The notes under the pieces are model-generated. The model did not search any database. It was not told where the DNA came from and was given only the letters and a program-made list of their open reading frames with translations. 59,365 bases of DNA from the NCBI GenBank assembly GCA_016763755.1, contig JAESTD010000086.1, forward strand, positions 1-59,365. Reading direction: 5' to 3'. This document shows, one piece after another, positions 58,209 to 59,365 of the stretch (position 1 is its first letter; each line of letters begins with the position of its first letter). The DNA comes from Mucilaginibacter sp. (lineage in GTDB: Bacteria; Bacteroidota; Bacteroidia; Sphingobacteriales; Sphingobacteriaceae). The translations under genes and the position numbers were made by a program.

Positions 58209-58317
58209 AGCCCCCTCTAAATCTCCCCCGAGAGGGGAGACTTAAAAATTCTAAAGCCCCCCTCCTTCGGAGAGGTTTGGGGAGAGGCTTTCTTGCCACG
58301 CTGTCGCTCAGAATGAC
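58209..58317. repeat. Family A repeat followed by a family B half-element
   Basis: agccccctctaaatctcccccgagaggggagactt ... ctccttcggagaggtttggggagaggctt, then cgctcagaatgac. Confidence 0.75.
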
Positions 58318-58382
58318 GAGGGAGTAGAATTTTTTTACTACGTTTGAGAACACGTTAAACCCCATTACTACTAAGTAAAAAG

Positions 58383-59365
58383 ATGAAGGATGAACTGATA
58401 TTGGAAACCATTACGGTAACCAAGAATTTTTTTGGCGATAAATCTTCAGGGGTAAATAATATTACCGTTTTTATACCGAAAGGCAAGATAACCGGTATCG
58501 TTGGCGAGAGCGGCAGCGGGAAAACTTCTTTGCTAAAACTACTCTCGGGCCACATGAAGCCCGATTCGGGCGATGTGTTCTTCCACGGGCAACCATTGCC
58601 GGTGCGCGGGCATAACCTGCAGCCAGAGCATGCCAAAATTGCTATGGTGAGCCAGGATAGCAGTGATATGGAAATGGCAGCCACAGTTTGGGATAACCTG
58701 GGTCGCTCTTTGCCTGCAGAGGATGTGAATTACAAGATTCAGAAGATCACCCAGGCGCTTAACCTGCTTGGGATTTATGACATGCGCGAGCAGCCTTTTG
58801 GCAAACTAAGCGGCGGCGAAAAGCAGCGTGTTACGATTGCCAAAGCACTCATCAACCGCCCTGAGGTATTGATGCTCGACGAACCTTTTAATCAGGTTGA
58901 TGCCAATTACCGCGAAGGCCTGCAGCATGATATCCGCCAGATTGTAAAAGAATGGGGCGTAACAGTTGTATTAGTCTCCCATGACCCCAGCGAGTTGCTA
59001 TCAATGGCCGATGAACTCATTGTGATAAAAGAAGGCGAGATTGTAGAACACGGCTCACCAGAGAAATTATACGAAACTCCGAAACTGCTTTACACGGCCA
59101 AGATCCTGGTAAGCTGCAGCGAATTAACAGCTGCACAAGCAGCTGTCTGCGGCATCAAATCAAAACGCGGTACGGTAGTTGTCTACGCCGAACATATCCA
59201 GATAGCATCAATGGCTTTGGGCGCTAAATGGTTGGTTAAACAGGTACTCTACAAAGGTTTCTATGAAGAATTGATCATTGAGCGCGATGACGTTACCCTG
59301 CGCCTGCAGAACTTTGCGTTACGCAAACACCCGGTAGGAAGTAAGGTTGGTATCAAGATCAGCAA
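58383..59365 (+). CDS. ABC transporter ATP-binding protein (Fe3+/polyamine type), runs off the window end
   Basis: MKDELILE...; Walker A GESGSGKT, LSGGEKQR, Walker B LMLDEP, VSHD. Confidence 0.9.
   Translation, partial: MKDELILETITVTKNFFGDKSSGVNNITVFIPKGKITGIVGESGSGKTSLLKLLSGHMKPDSGDVFFHGQPLPVRGHNLQPEHAKIAMVSQDSSDMEMAATVWDNLGRSLPAEDVNYKIQKITQALNLLGIYDMREQPFGKLSGGEKQRVTIAKALINRPEVLMLDEPFNQVDANYREGLQHDIRQIVKEWGVTVVLVSHDPSELLSMADELIVIKEGEIVEHGSPEKLYETPKLLYTAKILVSCSELTAAQAAVCGIKSKRGTVVVYAEHIQIASMALGAKWLVKQVLYKGFYEELIIERDDVTLRLQNFALRKHPVGSKVGIKIS

Overview
Core-genome stretch of a Bacteroidota chromosome. The Sphingobacteriaceae/Mucilaginibacter-like assignment is inferred from gene content, gldFG-dnaN and pheT-zapB-zapA-6S-rny synteny, and TAnnTTTG promoter elements. 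About 60 genes are present, mostly housekeeping, envelope and stress functions: phhA, namA, osmC, an M16 peptidase pair, a gldF-gldG fusion, dnaN, rpsT, radC, pheT, zapA, 6S RNA, rny, fmt, namZ, mazG, mnmD, an amidase, a GH3 and a ROK regulator. No prophage, CRISPR array, rRNA or tRNA was seen. Highlights: (1) An ECF sigma factor is paired with a dual-membrane-spanning-type anti-sigma, and a TGYARC-N16/17-CGTAA motif lies before the sigma gene and three envelope loci, predicting a regulon. (2) A tnpB-less Y1 (IS200/RAYT-like) transposase sits 5 bp behind fmt, next to an array of GTAG/GTTG REP hairpins with covarying stems. (3) Several other palindromic and short-tandem intergenic repeat families occur, some nested. 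(4) At least nine nonsense or frameshift lesions hit six genes, including essential dnaN and three stops in rny; these are most likely sequence errors rather than recoding. (5) Two small ORFs are missed by the ORF track.
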